From Piromyces finnis finn (Eukaryota; Fungi; Neocallimastigomycota), in contig MCFH01000044.1 in the NCBI GenBank assembly GCA_002104945.1, forward strand, positions 1-64,000: a stretch of 64,000 nucleotides of DNA, written 5' to 3'. Every line of letters starts with the position of its first letter. The stretch's first letter is position 1. A program made the position numbers and the translations under genes. Under the pieces are notes generated by a model. The model did no database searches. It was given only the letters and a program-made list of their open reading frames with translations, and was not told the DNA's origin. Below, piece by piece: positions 27,336-43,092 of the stretch.

Positions 27336-28395
27336 GCTGATTAATTATTTTTCTATCAAATAATAGAAAAGGAGATAAATATAATGTGAGTAGGAAAAGA
27401 AAAATTGGATAAATGATGAAATTTTACTCTATTTATATTTTTTTAATTTTTAATATAAAAAATTAAAAAAAAAAAAATTGTTACTAAAAATGTATGATTA
27501 GGTTTATATTGATTGATTATTTTTTTTTTTTTACATTGATTTATGTACAATTTCATAAAAATGTATTAAATTTTTTATATATTAAATGTGATCTTTACAA
27601 AACTAATGATACATTAATTATATAAAAATGTAAATTTTATGTACATTAATTAACCCTTATTTAAAAAGATTTTAATATTAAACGATATATTTTATGTAAT
27701 TTTAAAATTTGTATAATTTATACTTCCCCATAGGATAGGTTTCATTATTTTTAAAAAATAGATTTATAGAACATTTCAATTCTATAAATAATAATTATAT
27801 TAATTTTTAAGAAATTATAATATTATTTCTCATTAAACTAATGAAATATATTATTACTATGAATCTATAAATTTATATTTAGTTTATAATAAAAACTAAT
27901 TAAAATATATATAAGAAAAAGATGTTATTATTATAAATTTTAAAATTAAAAAATTATTAATATTGTCATAATAATTAAATTTTTTTTAAGGCATTAATAA
28001 ACTAATATCTAATATATCTAATATGCCAGATAATAATATGTAATTTATCCAACTCAATTATATATTTAGTTATAAATTGTTTATCATAAATATTTCTTGT
28101 ACGGATTTTTTTTAAAATATATATATATATATATATATATAACCATAAAATCTCAATAAAAAAAAAAAAAAAAATTAAAGAAAAAAGATATATATTATAT
28201 AATATTTGGTTTATTTCTATCATTATTTGTTATTTTATTATTTTCGTTTGTCTTATTTCGCTTATTTCATGATTGTTTTTTTTTTTTTTTTTTTTTTTTT
28301 TTTCTAAATATTTTGTAAGTAATAAAAAAAATTTGAAAAAGGAATAAAAAACGATTGTATGTATAAAAATGAAAAAAAAATATTTATAAATCAAT

Positions 28396-31240
28396 TTAAA
28401 TTGATGAAATGTTTGCAAGCTTTCCCATAAGTTCAATTAAATCAGCTGGTGCTGCTAATGTACAATTTGCTAGTGTTTTTACATTAGTGGGACCAATTCT
28501 ACAAGTATATATGTTATATTGTTTAGAATTTTCACCATTAGTGGTTAATGCTTTAAACATATCTTCATCAGTTTTATCATCACCAGAACATAAAACAAAA
28601 TCACAGTCTTCTTGATCAGCTAATAAACTATTTACAATTGATCCCTTATTAATGGCTGATGGTCTTACTTCTAAGCACTTTTTACCAATTAAAATTTCTA
28701 CTGGATACTTTGATAATATTACATTTTCTAAGTGAGTTTGACATTCTTTAGCTTGGAATGCACCGTAATTTGGATCAGCAAGTCTATAATGCCATGTAAT
28801 AGCACATTTCTTATTTTCAATAAATGAGCCTTGAGTACGTTCAGTATAGAAATTAAATATATTCATAACATCCTCCTTCCATGATAAATCCATATCCTCA
28901 GTTGCATTCTTCCATGATTCACCGGGGTATTTAATGAAAGAACCATGTTCTGCACTTAAACCAAGATTTTTAAAATGACCTAAATGTAAATCAAGGAATT
29001 CTTGATCTCTACCAGAAATAACAAAAATATAATTTCTTGGATCATTGGTTAAAACAGTTAATGCCTTTAACATTTCTGGACCTGGGACGGCTGCACTTGG
29101 GGTATTACAAATTGGGGTTAAAGTACCATCATAATCGAAAAAGAAGCAACGCTTTCCTGAATTTACATATTTATCTATAACTTCCTCTGTATTTAATATA
29201 GGAATTGGCTCCGTTGAATCTAATTCAACACTATCTTTTTCTCTTAATTCTTTATAGAAGCTTTTTGCCCAAAATTGAGATGTATTATTAGTGACATTTT
29301 TATATAATTGTTTATATCTATCATTACGTTCTTCTTTTGTCATTAATAAAGCTTCATTAATTGCTTGGGCAACACCTTCATGATCCCATGGATTAACTAA
29401 AATTGCACCACTAAGTGATCCAGCAGTACCAGTAAATTCACTTAAAATTAATGGACCATGATTTTCCTTTTGACAAAGAACAAATTCATGTGAAGTAGTA
29501 TTCATACCATCACGTACTGATGTAATTAAACCAACATCGGCAACATTAAGTAATGCAAAATACTCATCTTGATCTAAATCTTGATGATAATAGTGAACTG
29601 GAGTAAATTCCAATGTACCAAATTGACCATTAATATGGGCAACTAATTCTGAAACTTGAGTTTCTACAAGTTTTGCGTCATTTGAATTTGATGGTGAAGT
29701 TACTTGAACTAATATAACTTTACCTTGCCATTCTGGGTATAATGTTAAAAAATATTCATATGCTGATAACTTATGCTTAACTCCTTTTATTTTATCTAGT
29801 TTATCTGTACCAATAATAATTCTTTTTCCTTCATATAATCCTTTAAGAGATTCCATTTTTTCTAAAACCTTTGGTGTAATTCTTTATATTTAAAGACAAA
29901 TAAATAACAAAAAAAAAAAAAAAAATCAATATTTATGTATATATTATTTATTTAAACTATATTCTATACAAATATATAATTATAATATTATTATAAGTAA
30001 AAAATTATTTACCTTCTTTTTTCAATTTTTTCTACATCAATACCAATTGTAAATATTTCTACAGAAACAGTAGTACCATTATATTCAACACCCGTTGGTG
30101 TAGATTCTAAACCTAGCACTCTTGTGCATGAACTTATAAAGTGTCTTGAATAAGAATAAATTTGGAAACCAACTAAATTAGAACCAAGAATACCTTTTAA
30201 TACTTCTTTACGTTTTGGAAGGCATCTAAAGATTTCGGATGTTGGGAAAGTAGTATGAATAAATATACCGATATTAGCCTCTGGAAGTAATTTTCTTAAC
30301 ATTTCAGGTAAAACTAATAAATGATAATCTTGAATCCAAACTATTTATTGTTTATTAATTATAGTTTTTTAAAAAAAAATTTATATATCAATATATAAAT
30401 TTTTTATTTAAAAATATTAATTTTTATATATTTATTATTATTATCATTTTTTAATAATAATCTATTTACTCATATCCCCTGGTTGATAGTATTTTGCAAT
30501 TTCATTAGCAAACATTTGATTAAACTTTACATAGCCCTCCCAATTCTTTTCTTCACTAGTTTGAATTGTCGATTCCCAAAGAATATAATGGAATAAAGGC
30601 CATAATTCTTTTATATATATATTAAGAAAAATTATGAAAGAATAAATAAGAAATATATAAAAAAAATTTACATTATTATTTCTATTCTACATTTTATAAT
30701 AACTATTATTATTTTAGCTTACCTGTTTTACAATAACCCTCATAATGTAAATTACAAGTTTCTGGATCTACAAATATAGGAACAACTGATTTTTCTTTAT
30801 ATAAGCTATCGGTTAAAGATTGTTTTAATTCTGGTGTAAATTGGTCCCATTCAATAATATTGTTGGTTTTATTTGATATAAAATCATCAACATTCTTATT
30901 ATTATTAGTTGATTCCAAAGGATTTCCTTTTATGGTAATATCTCCAGGAAGACCAAAGTATACAATTTGACTTATAGATTCTTCAGTTTTTAATGAATTT
31001 ATGCCAGAATACATAGCATTGTAACTTCGTCTACTGGAAAACTCCCAATTTTTGTTATTTTCATTTTCATTATTTAATTGACAAGTAATTGGTATTAAAC
31101 GACTATTTTAAATAAAAAGTCAATATTTCCTCTTTAATTTATTTTTAATATTACTTTATTAAATATTATTTTTCTATAATGCTTAATTTTTTATACCTAA
31201 CAACTAAAAGTCTATGTTTAGAACCAGAATTGAAATCCAT
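28396..31240 (-). CDS. TPS2: Trehalose-6-phosphate phosphatase (GT20-like plus HAD domains), 5 exons: 31240-31197, 31102-30723, 30607-30470, 30340-30013, 29881-28396; 791 aa
   Basis: Manual splicing at GT-AG sites gives 2376 nt in frame: RLLVVSRLIP, ELWPLFHY, IWIQDYH, RDGMNTTSHEF, and an intact HAD motif FFDYDGTL plus GDDKTDEDMF. The synthase domain lacks the GGL loop and has DKLD for DRLD, as in fungal Tps2. Confidence 0.92.
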
Positions 31241-32964
31241 ATTATTATTTATTTCTTAAATTTTTTACTAAAAAATAAAATGTTTTATTTATTTATTTTA
31301 TTTGAAAATAATATTAATAGAAACATTTTATATTCAGTTTATTTTATTCAATTATTAAATAGAATGGTTTAAATATTAAAATTTTTTTCTTATAAATATA
31401 CATATATTTAAAATTTCTTTAAATAAATATTTCATATTTAAATATCTAAATCGGATATTATAAAAATAAAAATACGATTATTATAATTTATATGTCTATA
31501 TTCATACCTTTTATACAAGGAAGTTTTATATTTTATAATATTTGATATATTAATTCTTGTTTTATGTAATTATTATTATCAATTATATTATTATTTCAAA
31601 TATTATTTCTTATAATTTATTCTTAAAGTCATTTATTATACTTTAAAGATGTTTTTAAAATCAGGAAAGTACTATTTATATTTATATTATTATAAAGCAA
31701 AGATAAAATATGTTTAATTTTTTTTAACTCTTTCCTTTTTAAACTTGCAAAATCTTTAACAAAATTTAATAAGATTTAATTTATATTGTTATCTTATTAT
31801 TAAGAAGATATGTATTTTTATTTTAAATAAATTACAATATATAATAGAGAAATTAAAAGAAGGAATCAAACATTTACAAGTTAACCAGAACACTTTTTAA
31901 TACAAAATATTAATTTTTGTTAAAAAAAATTATTCCTTTTCGTTTTTTATATATAAAATAATATATGATTTTGATTATAAATGAAATATTAAAAAAATGT
32001 TCTTTTATTATTTAATCATAATTACTATTTAATATATAAAAAAGAAACTTTTTTTTAATCAATATTGATATATAACATTTCAATATATGATAATATTTAT
32101 TATATTGATATTATATTATTCAAATTCAAATTTTATATAGTTAACATTATGTAATCTAATATATAAAAAGTTGATTATAGTCTGAAATAAAGTTTAAAAC
32201 AATATTGATTTTTAATAAACTATAACAAGATATAGTTTTATATATTACAATTTATACTGTAATATATTATTAATTATATTTAAGTAATATATATGTAAAT
32301 AAAATTAAATATATTTAAATAAAATTATAATATATTCGGAATATAGTTTAATATTACTTTTTATAATATTACACAAAACAAAAAAAAGTTTATTCTATAT
32401 ATATTATTATATACAATATATTTTATTGAATATTATACACACAAAAAGGTTTCCATACTATTTCTTATATAATTGTTTAAAATTGATATAGAATATCTCA
32501 TTATAATTTGTTAATATATTAAAGAAATTATTTTAATATAAAAATATTAAATAATAAATAAAAATTATACAGAAATTTTCTTTTTAACATTTAGTACAAG
32601 AAATGAAATAAACTTAATGGTTTTATATATAAAGATATTTAAAGTGGAACAGTAATAGAAATGTTTTATTATTTATCATTATTTCGGTGTAAATCTTTTG
32701 GTAGAATTCATTAGTTCTGTTATTTATAAATAAATAAATCGAATTTATAATTATAATACATAAAATATACAAAATAGCTTATTTATATTAAAAGTAAAAA
32801 AAACGAATGTTTTTAAAATTACTTTTTTTATGTCAATTTTATTAAATATACCAAGATTTATATAATTGATATTTTAATTGTAATCTTCTATTAATGAATA
32901 TGGTTAAAATTTTGAAAGTAAATGAGATTGTAATGTTAAAATTGAATAAAATTAGAATTTTTAA

Positions 32965-32967
<3 letters not shown>

Positions 32968-33019
<52 letters not shown>
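32968..33019. repeat. (TAT)n microsatellite
   Basis: Short pure trinucleotide run. Confidence 0.9.
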
Positions 33020-33573
33020 GTCGGTATTTTATTCTTTTAGAATACAGAAATAATTCTTGATTAAAAGAAATGAAATTATTCAAAAAAAACTTTTATTTTT
33101 AAGAAATTATATTTAATATAGATCAATGAACTATTATGCCTTTATTATTTGATCCTTCTTTTGTACCAATCTATTGCAAATAAAATATCTTTTTTTATCA
33201 ATGCTTTTAATTATAGTTTAATATTTTATTCTCATAGGTAAAAAAAAAATAAAATATTTTTTCTGTATTTTAAAAGTTCAATTTTATAAATTATATATAC
33301 ATTAATTAAATGTATATAAACAATCCATCATTTTTTTAAAAAATATATTCTGTATTTTCATTTCTGCATTATTTAGATTAAATACATTATAATTTTATAT
33401 AAGTTTAATAAAACCAAATTTGTTCATATTTTATAATACCAATTTAAAATAAAAATTAAGAATAGTTAAATGATATATTATCATTCTTTAAAATCAAATA
33501 ACTCTTATATTTTATATATAAGTATAATTTTTACATTAAGTAACTAAATTTATCATTGGAATTAAAGTAAAAA

Positions 33574-33608
<35 letters not shown>

Positions 33609-36170
33609 CTATATTTATTATTTCTTTTTTCTTATTTCTTTTCCTCCTTTTAATAATTTAGTTTTTTTTTTTTTTTTTTGACTTAAAGAAAATATATATT
33701 TATAATACAATTTATTGCTTAATAGATTAGAATTCAGCTAAATTATGCTAAAGCTATATCATAGATGATTTATTTCTATTTAAATTTATGTTTCATCTTA
33801 ATAAGGTTTTTCATTTTATTATTAATATTACTATTTATGGTTTATAATTTATTTTGTAAAAGTAATTAAGGTGAATAATCCTCAATAGTATTAGTATATA
33901 TTTTATGGACTTATTACATATAATTAGTAATTTTTATTACACTATTATATGAAATATATATATATAATACTAAAAAAGAATAATAATTTATGTTGAAGGA
34001 ATTTCAAAAACTAAATCATATGATAATAAAAATAATGGTGATTTAGAATTAAATTTTGATGTTACAGTTTATTATTCCAATTTCTATATTCAATAAGTGT
34101 TTTTAAGCATGTTTTTATTAATTAACTGTTAATTAACTTTTTAAGTTTATTAATTATTAAAATTAATATTGATAAAAAAAATTAATTTTAAATTATTTTT
34201 TGTTAACTATTACTCATTCAACCATACCATACCATTATTCCTTTAACCATACCATCATCAATTGTCAATTATATTAAGATCAATGAATAAAAATAAAATT
34301 CTGACTGATAAATATAATAATATAATTATAAATAATCTATATTTTTTATTTTTGAAGGAGAAATCTAGTAATAATTATTATTTACACACTGTAGGTGTGT
34401 GAGTAATAGTATTTTTTTTTTGGAAAAATTCAAAACAAAGGGATAGTTTTTAATTTTATTTTTTTTTTCTGATTAATCATTTTATATGAAATAAAGTTAT
34501 TTTTTTTTATTAATCATATTATTGATTAATCTAATATATAGTTTAAAATATCTTTTTTAAATAAAAGTATGTAAATATTATAAAATACAGAAAATATATA
34601 AATATTTTTATTATTTATTTGTTGAATATATAAATGTATTAATTAATTTTATACTGAAAAGGTCCAGAATTATAATAATTAAAATTTAAGAGAAATAAAT
34701 CATTTGATCCTTATTAAATATATATATTGATTAATTTACCCAATTAAATAATAGTATATCAATAAAAAAGAACTCTATTTATATTTAAATTAAATATGGT
34801 TAGAAATTGTTTATCATAATATACAAAACAAAAATAAAAAAAAAAGTTTAAAAAGTATTGATAGTCACTGGTTAGTTTTGATAATTGTAATCACCACACT
34901 CAATATATATTACAAATGATAAAATAAAACAAAAAAAAAAGTTACTACAATATAGTAAAGATTAATTATGATGATGAGTATAAATAGAAAAGAGAAAGAA
35001 AGGCTTAGAAAATTAATGGATAAGTAGATTCTTTGTACAATTTTAATTATGATATTATGCCAAGGTAATTAAAAATTAAAAAAAAATTACCTTTTAAATT
35101 ATTTATAATATTTTTGAAACTAATGCTATTAATCTTTTCTCTAATTTTTAAATAGGCATTTATAATTGTAGTTTTTTATTATTATTCCAAACCAAAGATT
35201 TAATAAAAAAGGCAATCAAATAGCAATTCATCCAATTTGATGTTCTTAACCCTTTCATAAGACTTTGGAATAATTAATATCTATGTCCTTCTTAACCCTT
35301 AATATATTTAAATATACATTTATACATTTATAATTATATCTTTACTTTATGATGAATTAATAAACTTAATATTTTTTTGTAGATGATTAAGATACAAGAA
35401 TTAGATGATTCAATGTAAAACTAGAAATATTATAATATTATAATGTAATAAGCAAAAATTATTTAAAATATATAAATCTTTTGGTAAAAACAGGATTATA
35501 CCTATTTATATAATTTTATTTTATTTTATATTTTATAGAATAAATATGCTGTAATGACAATCATTTTAATTTTTAACATTTTGAATTCTTAACAATGTAA
35601 TAATAGTTAAAGTATATAAATTCAACATAGTTTATTTGACATTGAGAAAAAGTCATTTATTAAAATAATAAATATAAATATTTTATAAGATATTATACGC
35701 ATTTGTATATTTCTTTTATTTGTTTTTTTATATTTTAAATTGTAATATATATATAATAATTATAAATTTTGTTTAAAAAAAAATTTTACATTTATTAGTT
35801 ATTAATAATTACCAAATAGATTAACAACTTACTAGTGTATTTTTATATTTAAACATTAAAAGACAGGATTAGATATTTATAATTATTATTATGAAAACCC
35901 AAACCCACTATTGTTTATTAATAAGCATAATTTAAAAAGTTGAATTTTTATTTTATTTAATGAAGTATTAAATTTGATAAATTAATTACAAATTTTATAT
36001 ATTGGAATATATTATAATATATATATATATATATAAATTCAATGTTATTAAATTTGAAATTTTTAAGGAATTATTTATATTAAAAATTTCAAAAACCAAA
36101 AAGAATAAAACAAAGAAGAAAAAAAATTAAATAACAAAAAAGAAAAGTAAATAAACTATTTGATTAAAAT

Positions 36171-36207
<37 letters not shown>

Positions 36208-36347
36208 CAATTTATAAAAAATAAATTTATTTTTTTTTATTTATTTATATTCTATAAACATTTCATTATATTATATATAAAATAATTTAAATTAAAACAA
36301 ATAAAACATTATATTTTTTATATTATATAAGCATTTTTAAATTAATA

Positions 36348-39060
36348 ATGGATGAAAGAATACCAGAACCAATTGAAGTTAATATTATTCAAAGAAATGA
36401 AGAACCAATATCTCTTTCAGTTGATGTTGTTGAAAACACAGTATTAGATCTTAAAAGTAACTATAAAATTTTAAAACTCTAATAAGATAATATCTTTTTT
36501 TAATAATTATTAAAATTGAAATTTTAATTTCATTTAAATTCTTGAAATTTATAATTGTTTGAATTTTAATTATTTATTATATAAATGCAAATTGTATAAA
36601 TGAAAATTACAAAATATTAAACAAAACTAATAATATAAGTCTTAATTAATGCAAATTTTGAAATTCAAAGTATATATAGTGTTATTTAGTTAAATTTATA
36701 AATCTAAAATTTAAAATGTAAAGTATGAACACTTAAAGTAGAATCCTAAATAATAGAAAAATTCCTAAAGATTAAAATAATAAATAATATGATAGAATGT
36801 ACATTATTATATAAATATTTTTTTTATTCGAAATTTAATAAGATGTATATTTAATTTACTATTCAACATTTTTTTAAGTTTATAATTAAAAATAATATTA
36901 TATTAAAGAGTAAAGTTTAAATTTAACAATATTAGATTTTTTTTAATAATATTGTGCAAATTTAAATATGAAAGTTTTTATATAAAATGAATTTATAAAT
37001 TCAAAAACATTTATATATACTAAAATCAAATTTCATAACATTTAATTTTAATAAATTTATTTCCTTAATATATTATATATATATATAAAATTAATAATAT
37101 TTAACAATTTAACAATTGTTTTTGTTTATAGATTTATTATATGAATTAACAGATATCAAGCCAGAGGAACAAAGATTAGTTTATTCAGGAAAAATTTTAG
37201 ATGATGACACTTTATTAAATTTTTATAGTAATTGCCCTTTTTTCTTTTTTTTGATATTTTACATGCCATGTATACTTTTTATATAGTATGGTATTTTATA
37301 TACCTATTAACCAATATCAATCTGAATAATTTAATAAAAATACAATAATAATGTATAGATATTAGAGATGGTAATTCAATTTATTTAGTACGAGGAGCTA
37401 AAAATAAAACACAATCTATTTCACCACAAGCTCTTTCACAATCTCAAAAGAATAAAAAAGCAGCTGCTGGTGGTATGGATTCTGAACTTGTTTCTCATTT
37501 ATTAGATAACCCATTCATTCAATCTGCTATGAGCAATCCAGTATGTTAATATCAGATTTTTTTTTTCCTTCTATTTTTCTTTCATAGTAATTTTATTCTG
37601 AAATAAATTTATATTTTTATACAAATATGAACAATTCATATTTAATAGGAATTTATACGATCTATTTATATGTCTAATCCACAATTTAAGAAAATTATTG
37701 AAAAAAATCCAGAAATGGCACAAATATTTAATGATACAGAATATTTAAAACAAGTAAATTTTTAATTATAACAAAAAACTAATATATTTTATAATTTATA
37801 ATATTAATTTATATCTGTTGTTGGGTATTAATATATTAAAATGTTATAAAAATAATTTTATATTAAAAATTTATAATAATGCATATACTTTTTTAGTGTA
37901 TGGAAATAGCAAGAAACCCAGAAATGATGAATGAAATGTTAAGGTAAAATAAATTTATATTTTCTATATTTATATATGTTTATTTAATATTAATTAGTTG
38001 CATCATTTAAATACTGGAAATTCTAGAAATCAAGATAGAGTTATGAATAATTTAGAAAGTATCCCAGGAGGTTTCCAAGCTTTATCATCTTTATATAATA
38101 CTGTTCAAAGCCCATTAATGGATTCCTTAAGACCAGAACAAGATAAATCAACTAGTAAGTTTATTTTTAGTAAGAGTATGAAAATTTGCTTATGAATTTA
38201 TGCATTTATTTTTAATTATTATTTTATTTTATTTTATTTTTTTTATTAGAGGAACAAAATGAGTATTACGCCAAAAAACTTTTAAATGGCAAAAAATTTG
38301 ATAATACTAAAATTAATAATGATGTAAGTTAAATATAAAATTATGAATATTACTTTTGTATTTTTAAATTAATATTATGATTAATAATAATAATATATAT
38401 ATATGTTTCTCCAACTATCTTTTATAGGCTCTTCCAAATCCATGGAATTTAAATGTTAATGGTAATATATGTTAATTATTACACAATATAAATTACATAT
38501 TAAATTAATGCATTATAAATAAATATAAACATAGATCAACCAAGTTCAAGTAGTTCTTCTCTATCACCATTTTCATCCAATGTAATTTCACTTTATCTTC
38601 AAAATTTATATTAAAAAATACTAATGTTAAGCTAAATATTTTTATTTTTTTTAATTATAGTTATTTGGTAGTATGGGAAGTATGGGAAATATGTTCAGCC
38701 CATTTAATGCACCACCACCAATGAACGAAACTCAAGAGGAACTTGAAGTTAAATATGCCGAGTATGTATATTATAGTATAAATTGGAAAACAAAATTATT
38801 AATAGCTAATGCTTTTATATATATATCAAATAGGCAATTAAAAAGTTTAAATGCAATGGGTTTTTATGATAAAAAAGAAAATTTAAAGGCATTACAATAT
38901 ACTAGGGGAAATGTCGAATCAGCTGTCGAGTAAGTTTAACTTTTTTGGTTTATATAATATTATTTACAAATAATATAAAAGATTTATTAATTTTGTTTTA
39001 TGGTTGTTATTATAATATACAAATAGTTATTTATTAAATCAATCAAAAAGACCATTTTAA
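36348..39060 (+). CDS. DSK2: Ubiquilin/Dsk2 (UBL-STI1-UBA), about 10-11 exons
   Basis: UBL exon PEEQRLVYSGKILDDD (37132-37227); STI1 segments DNPFIQSAMSNP, SNPQFKKIIEKNPEM, NQDRVMNNLESIPGGFQAL; ALPNPW; UBA QLKSLNAMGFYDKKENLKALQYTRGNVESAV. Inner exon boundaries are approximate. Confidence 0.9.
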
Positions 39061-39670
39061 TAAATTGGAATCAAAAGAGAAAGTGTGAAAAAAAAAAAAA
39101 AAAAAAAGAACTATCATTTTTAAATATATAAAAGCAACACGAAAAACTTAAAAAAAACCTTTTTAACTAAATATATATAAAACTCAAAATAGAATGTTAA
39201 AATAAATAAATTAATATATGTATAATTTTTAAAATACTAAACGTATATAAATATAAATTCTTATCCGTTTTATTCATTCAGGATATAAATAATTAATAAA
39301 ATAAAACTATAAACAACAATAACAAAAATAATACATACAATAATAATATAAAAATCCTATTGATAATAATTGTAATTAAATTCAAGAGGACTTTGTTATT
39401 TATAGCAATTAAATAAACAATAAAATAATGAAATATTATATATATTATATTATTTCTCTATTCCTTTTTTAAATTTTTTATTTTTTAATTTTTTTTTTTT
39501 TTTTTTAATTTTTATTTATATTTTAATAACGGTGATAATTAAGGTTGTTTCTTTATATACTTTTATAAAAGAATTAAAAATAATTGTTATATATTAATTT
39601 TTAATTCACTTAATTTTGCCTTTTTTTTTTTTTTTTTTGTATTTTATTATTTTATTTTAATTTTAATATT

Positions 39671-39722
<52 letters not shown>

Positions 39723-39862
39723 TTTTTTTTAAGTTTTGTTAGTATGAATAACCAAATTTAATTGTTTGAATTTCGTATATCTGTTTATTATTTGTGGTTC
39801 AATATTTATATATTTAAACTGTTTATACGTTTTATATTTATATTATTATTTATATATTATAA

Positions 39863-41297
39863 TTATTGAGTGTATCTTTTAGCGGCATTATCAAATAAAG
39901 TTAATTTTTCTTCATAATCTTTAATGTATGGATGATTTGGACAAACTTCATTTAAGTGCCTTTAAATTGTTTATTAATAATATTCATTATATAAAATTTG
40001 ATTAAAAATTATAGTAATAATAAAACATATTAGATATATATATATATATACATTTTTTTTTAAATTATAATAATATATATAACTAGAAATTTTTTATATT
40101 TACATTATATATTTTTCAACTAATTCATCTGGTTTTCCTTGAGCTCTTGAACAAATAATTAAGTTTACTAAAGTATCTGGGTCATTACTATTCTTATTTA
40201 ATGATTCTAATAATAATTTTTCAGCTTCAGCAAAGTTTGAAGCATGCATTTTACAGATAGCCTTTCCAGTTAATAACTTTGGTGAAACAGAATTTATTGA
40301 TTGAGAAAGTTCTTCAAATATATAGAATGATTCTTGGTATTTTCTGTCACCTCCCTTTTTATTTATTATTAAAATTATTTATATTATGGTATGTTTATGT
40401 AATTTATTATTTTAACATAGTAAATTTATTATAATAATAGATAATAACAATGTTGTATTATTTGTTAATATAAAATGTATCAAGTAAATAGTTTATTATT
40501 TTTATTAATTTATTATAAAAAAGTATTCATCTTACTAAGGCTAAGTTTAACCAAGTTTCAGTTAATTGAGCAAGGGCAGCATCATCAGCCCAAGATTTCA
40601 TTTGAGTTACTTCTTTTTGAGCTAAATCAGTTCTATTAATTTTTATTAAAAGTTGAATATACAAAGCAGTACTATATCATCGTTACAAAAAAATAATTTA
40701 TTAAATTCATATTGAAAAGATTTTTAATAAATTCATTTTTATAAAAATATAAACAATTATAATTAGTAATTTTATATTCAAAAAAAAATTATATACTTAT
40801 ATATATTTTAATTTTTTTCTATTATAAATAAAGTGCATTGTTATTATTATTATTATTTCATTATTAATTTTATTTTACCATTCAAGATTTCTATTTTTAA
40901 CCTTTTCAAGGATTTGTAAAGCTTCAGTAATCATTTCTTCATGGTTATAAATAATGGCAAACATTAAAATAACAACTGGATTGGTATTTGAATTTGATAA
41001 AACATTATTGATTGTGTTTAAAACATTTTCAATATCACCTTTGTTGTCAGTTTCTTTGGCTGATAAATATTGAGCTAATAATTTAATAGCACAAAATTCT
41101 TCTGGATGATTATCATTAACTTCTTCAATAATTTTTTGATATTGCTTAAGAGCAATTAATGAACGGAAAATTAAACATTGCTTTTCTAATCTTCCTTGTT
41201 GAGTAGATGGATTAGTGTTGTCATTGATAACTAATGGAAAGTTTCCGACATAGAAGTTATTCTTAATTATGTGTAATTCATCAAATTCTTCTGCCAT
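39863..41297 (-). CDS. SEC28: Coatomer epsilon subunit, 4 exons: 41297-40879, 40671-40536, 40354-40104, 39959-39863
   Basis: DELHIIKNNFYVG; spliced ECTALYIQLLIKINRTDLAQKE, WADDAALAQL, GGDRKYQESFYIFEEL, CPNHPYIKD; GT-AG sites in consistent phases. Confidence 0.92.
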
Positions 41298-43092
41298 TGC
41301 TATTTTTATTTATTTAATATAATAGATAAAAATATATATATATATATTATAATTTAATGTTTATGCTATTATTACTATTATTAATTTTAAATATTTTCAT
41401 TTTTACTTTCTTATTTATTATTGAATTTCTATTTTATTTTATTTTATTATTTTTGTAATTGTTTATATATAGGTTGTTTAGTAATTTTATATATATTCCC
41501 AGTTATTTGTTATATTGCATATACATTTATTTTTTATTTATTTATTTTTTTTAAATTGTTGGAGTATACATTTATTATTCAAATTAATTAAACATTTTAA
41601 TAAGTCATTCATCAAATAGTTCTATCTTTACTAATAAATGAATCATAATTAAATGTATAGGTATCCCTTTTTGTATGCCTTTCTGTTATATTTATGCACA
41701 TTTTTTTATTGTTTATATCATTTATTTTATGTAAATTACCTCTTTATTTATATATATATATGTATATTTTGAAAAGTTTTTAGTTTTTTCTTATATTATT
41801 TATTTACTTTTATTTATTTGTTTTTTTTTATAGTTTATTAATATAAAGTATTTTTTAGTTTATTTTTAAATCAATAATTAAATATTTTATAGAAATTTAA
41901 ATACATTATTTTAATTGTATGATACGTTATTGTAATAATGTCTAAATTAATGTAAAAATTAATTTTTCACTGTAAAAAATTAAATAATATGGAAATTAGT
42001 TTCAATACATTTTTTTTATCATAATTACTATAATTTATATTTAAAAATCAATGATGAACTGATCATTTACCATTTTTCTTTATTTTCCTTTAGGAGGTAC
42101 ATAATTACAAAAGTTTGAGTTATGTAATATTTTTTATCTTTTTTTTTACTAGAAAACTTTAATTACAATTAAAAACAGTTTAGTGTGGCTCATAAAATAT
42201 TTATTAAATAATTAATCAAATTAAAAATTATCATTATGTAAAAGTATGGTGGCATTCTAAATTTAATGATTCAGTTTTAGTATATAATTAATTTATAATT
42301 CTTTAATTTTTTCTATCTTTTAATTGTAAATAAAAATTAAAATTCTTTTATTATTATTGGCCAAAATCTAATTTTTTTATTATTATATTATAATATCTTT
42401 TTATATTGATCGAAGTAATTATTGGCCTAAAAAAAAAACATTTACATTGATAAAGAAATAATAAAAATAATATATATTTTTTTTCTTTCTTTACACCCTT
42501 TTAATATAAAAATAATAAAGGTAATTATGTGATGGATATGAAATATTAAAACAAACAAAAAAAAATAAAAATAAAATAAAATAAAATATAAAAATAAATA
42601 TAGAGAGATGTGAATATTTTAATAAAGGTTTCGCAATTCATCAAATAAAATTTAAAAATTAAAAGAAAAAATAAATAAAACAAAAACAAAAACAAGAGCA
42701 ATAATAATAATATTAATAATTGCATAATAATGAAGTTTTAAATGTATTCCAACTTAATTTTAATTATTTTATAAAATCATTTCAAAGGTGTAATTTTTAT
42801 CATTTTTGGACTTTTGGATATATAAAATTATGAAAATTATATTTATACCTCAAAGTTTAATAAACTCTAAAAATCAATTATCCATTTATTTAATAAGATA
42901 AACCAGATTAAAAATCATTGTTAAATTTGAATGATAATAATTTCTAAAACATTATTTAATAAAAAAGAAAAATGATAACAATCAAATTTATTTTAGATAT
43001 ATTTTAAAATTAATTTTTATTAATTTTATTATTTTATTCCTAATAATACTTTCTATAAAAAAAACTATTGTTCCAAAAATTTTCTGGAAAAG

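Noticed and set aside
27337-27420. C/D snoRNA-like boxes near RPS27 (ctga, atgatga)
   Set aside because: Boxes are in the wrong order and on the strand opposite the host gene.
28002-28436. Small ORFs downstream of TPS2
   Set aside because: Low-complexity A/T runs in the 3' region; no homology cues.
33989-34075. Short protein-like frame YVEGISKTKSYDNKNNGDLELNFDVTVYY
   Set aside because: About 40 codons with no start or convincing splice context.
35244-35300. Two ttcttaaccctt motifs resembling piggyBac TTAA-CCC ends
   Set aside because: Same orientation, about 45 bp apart, with no matching opposite end or transposase.
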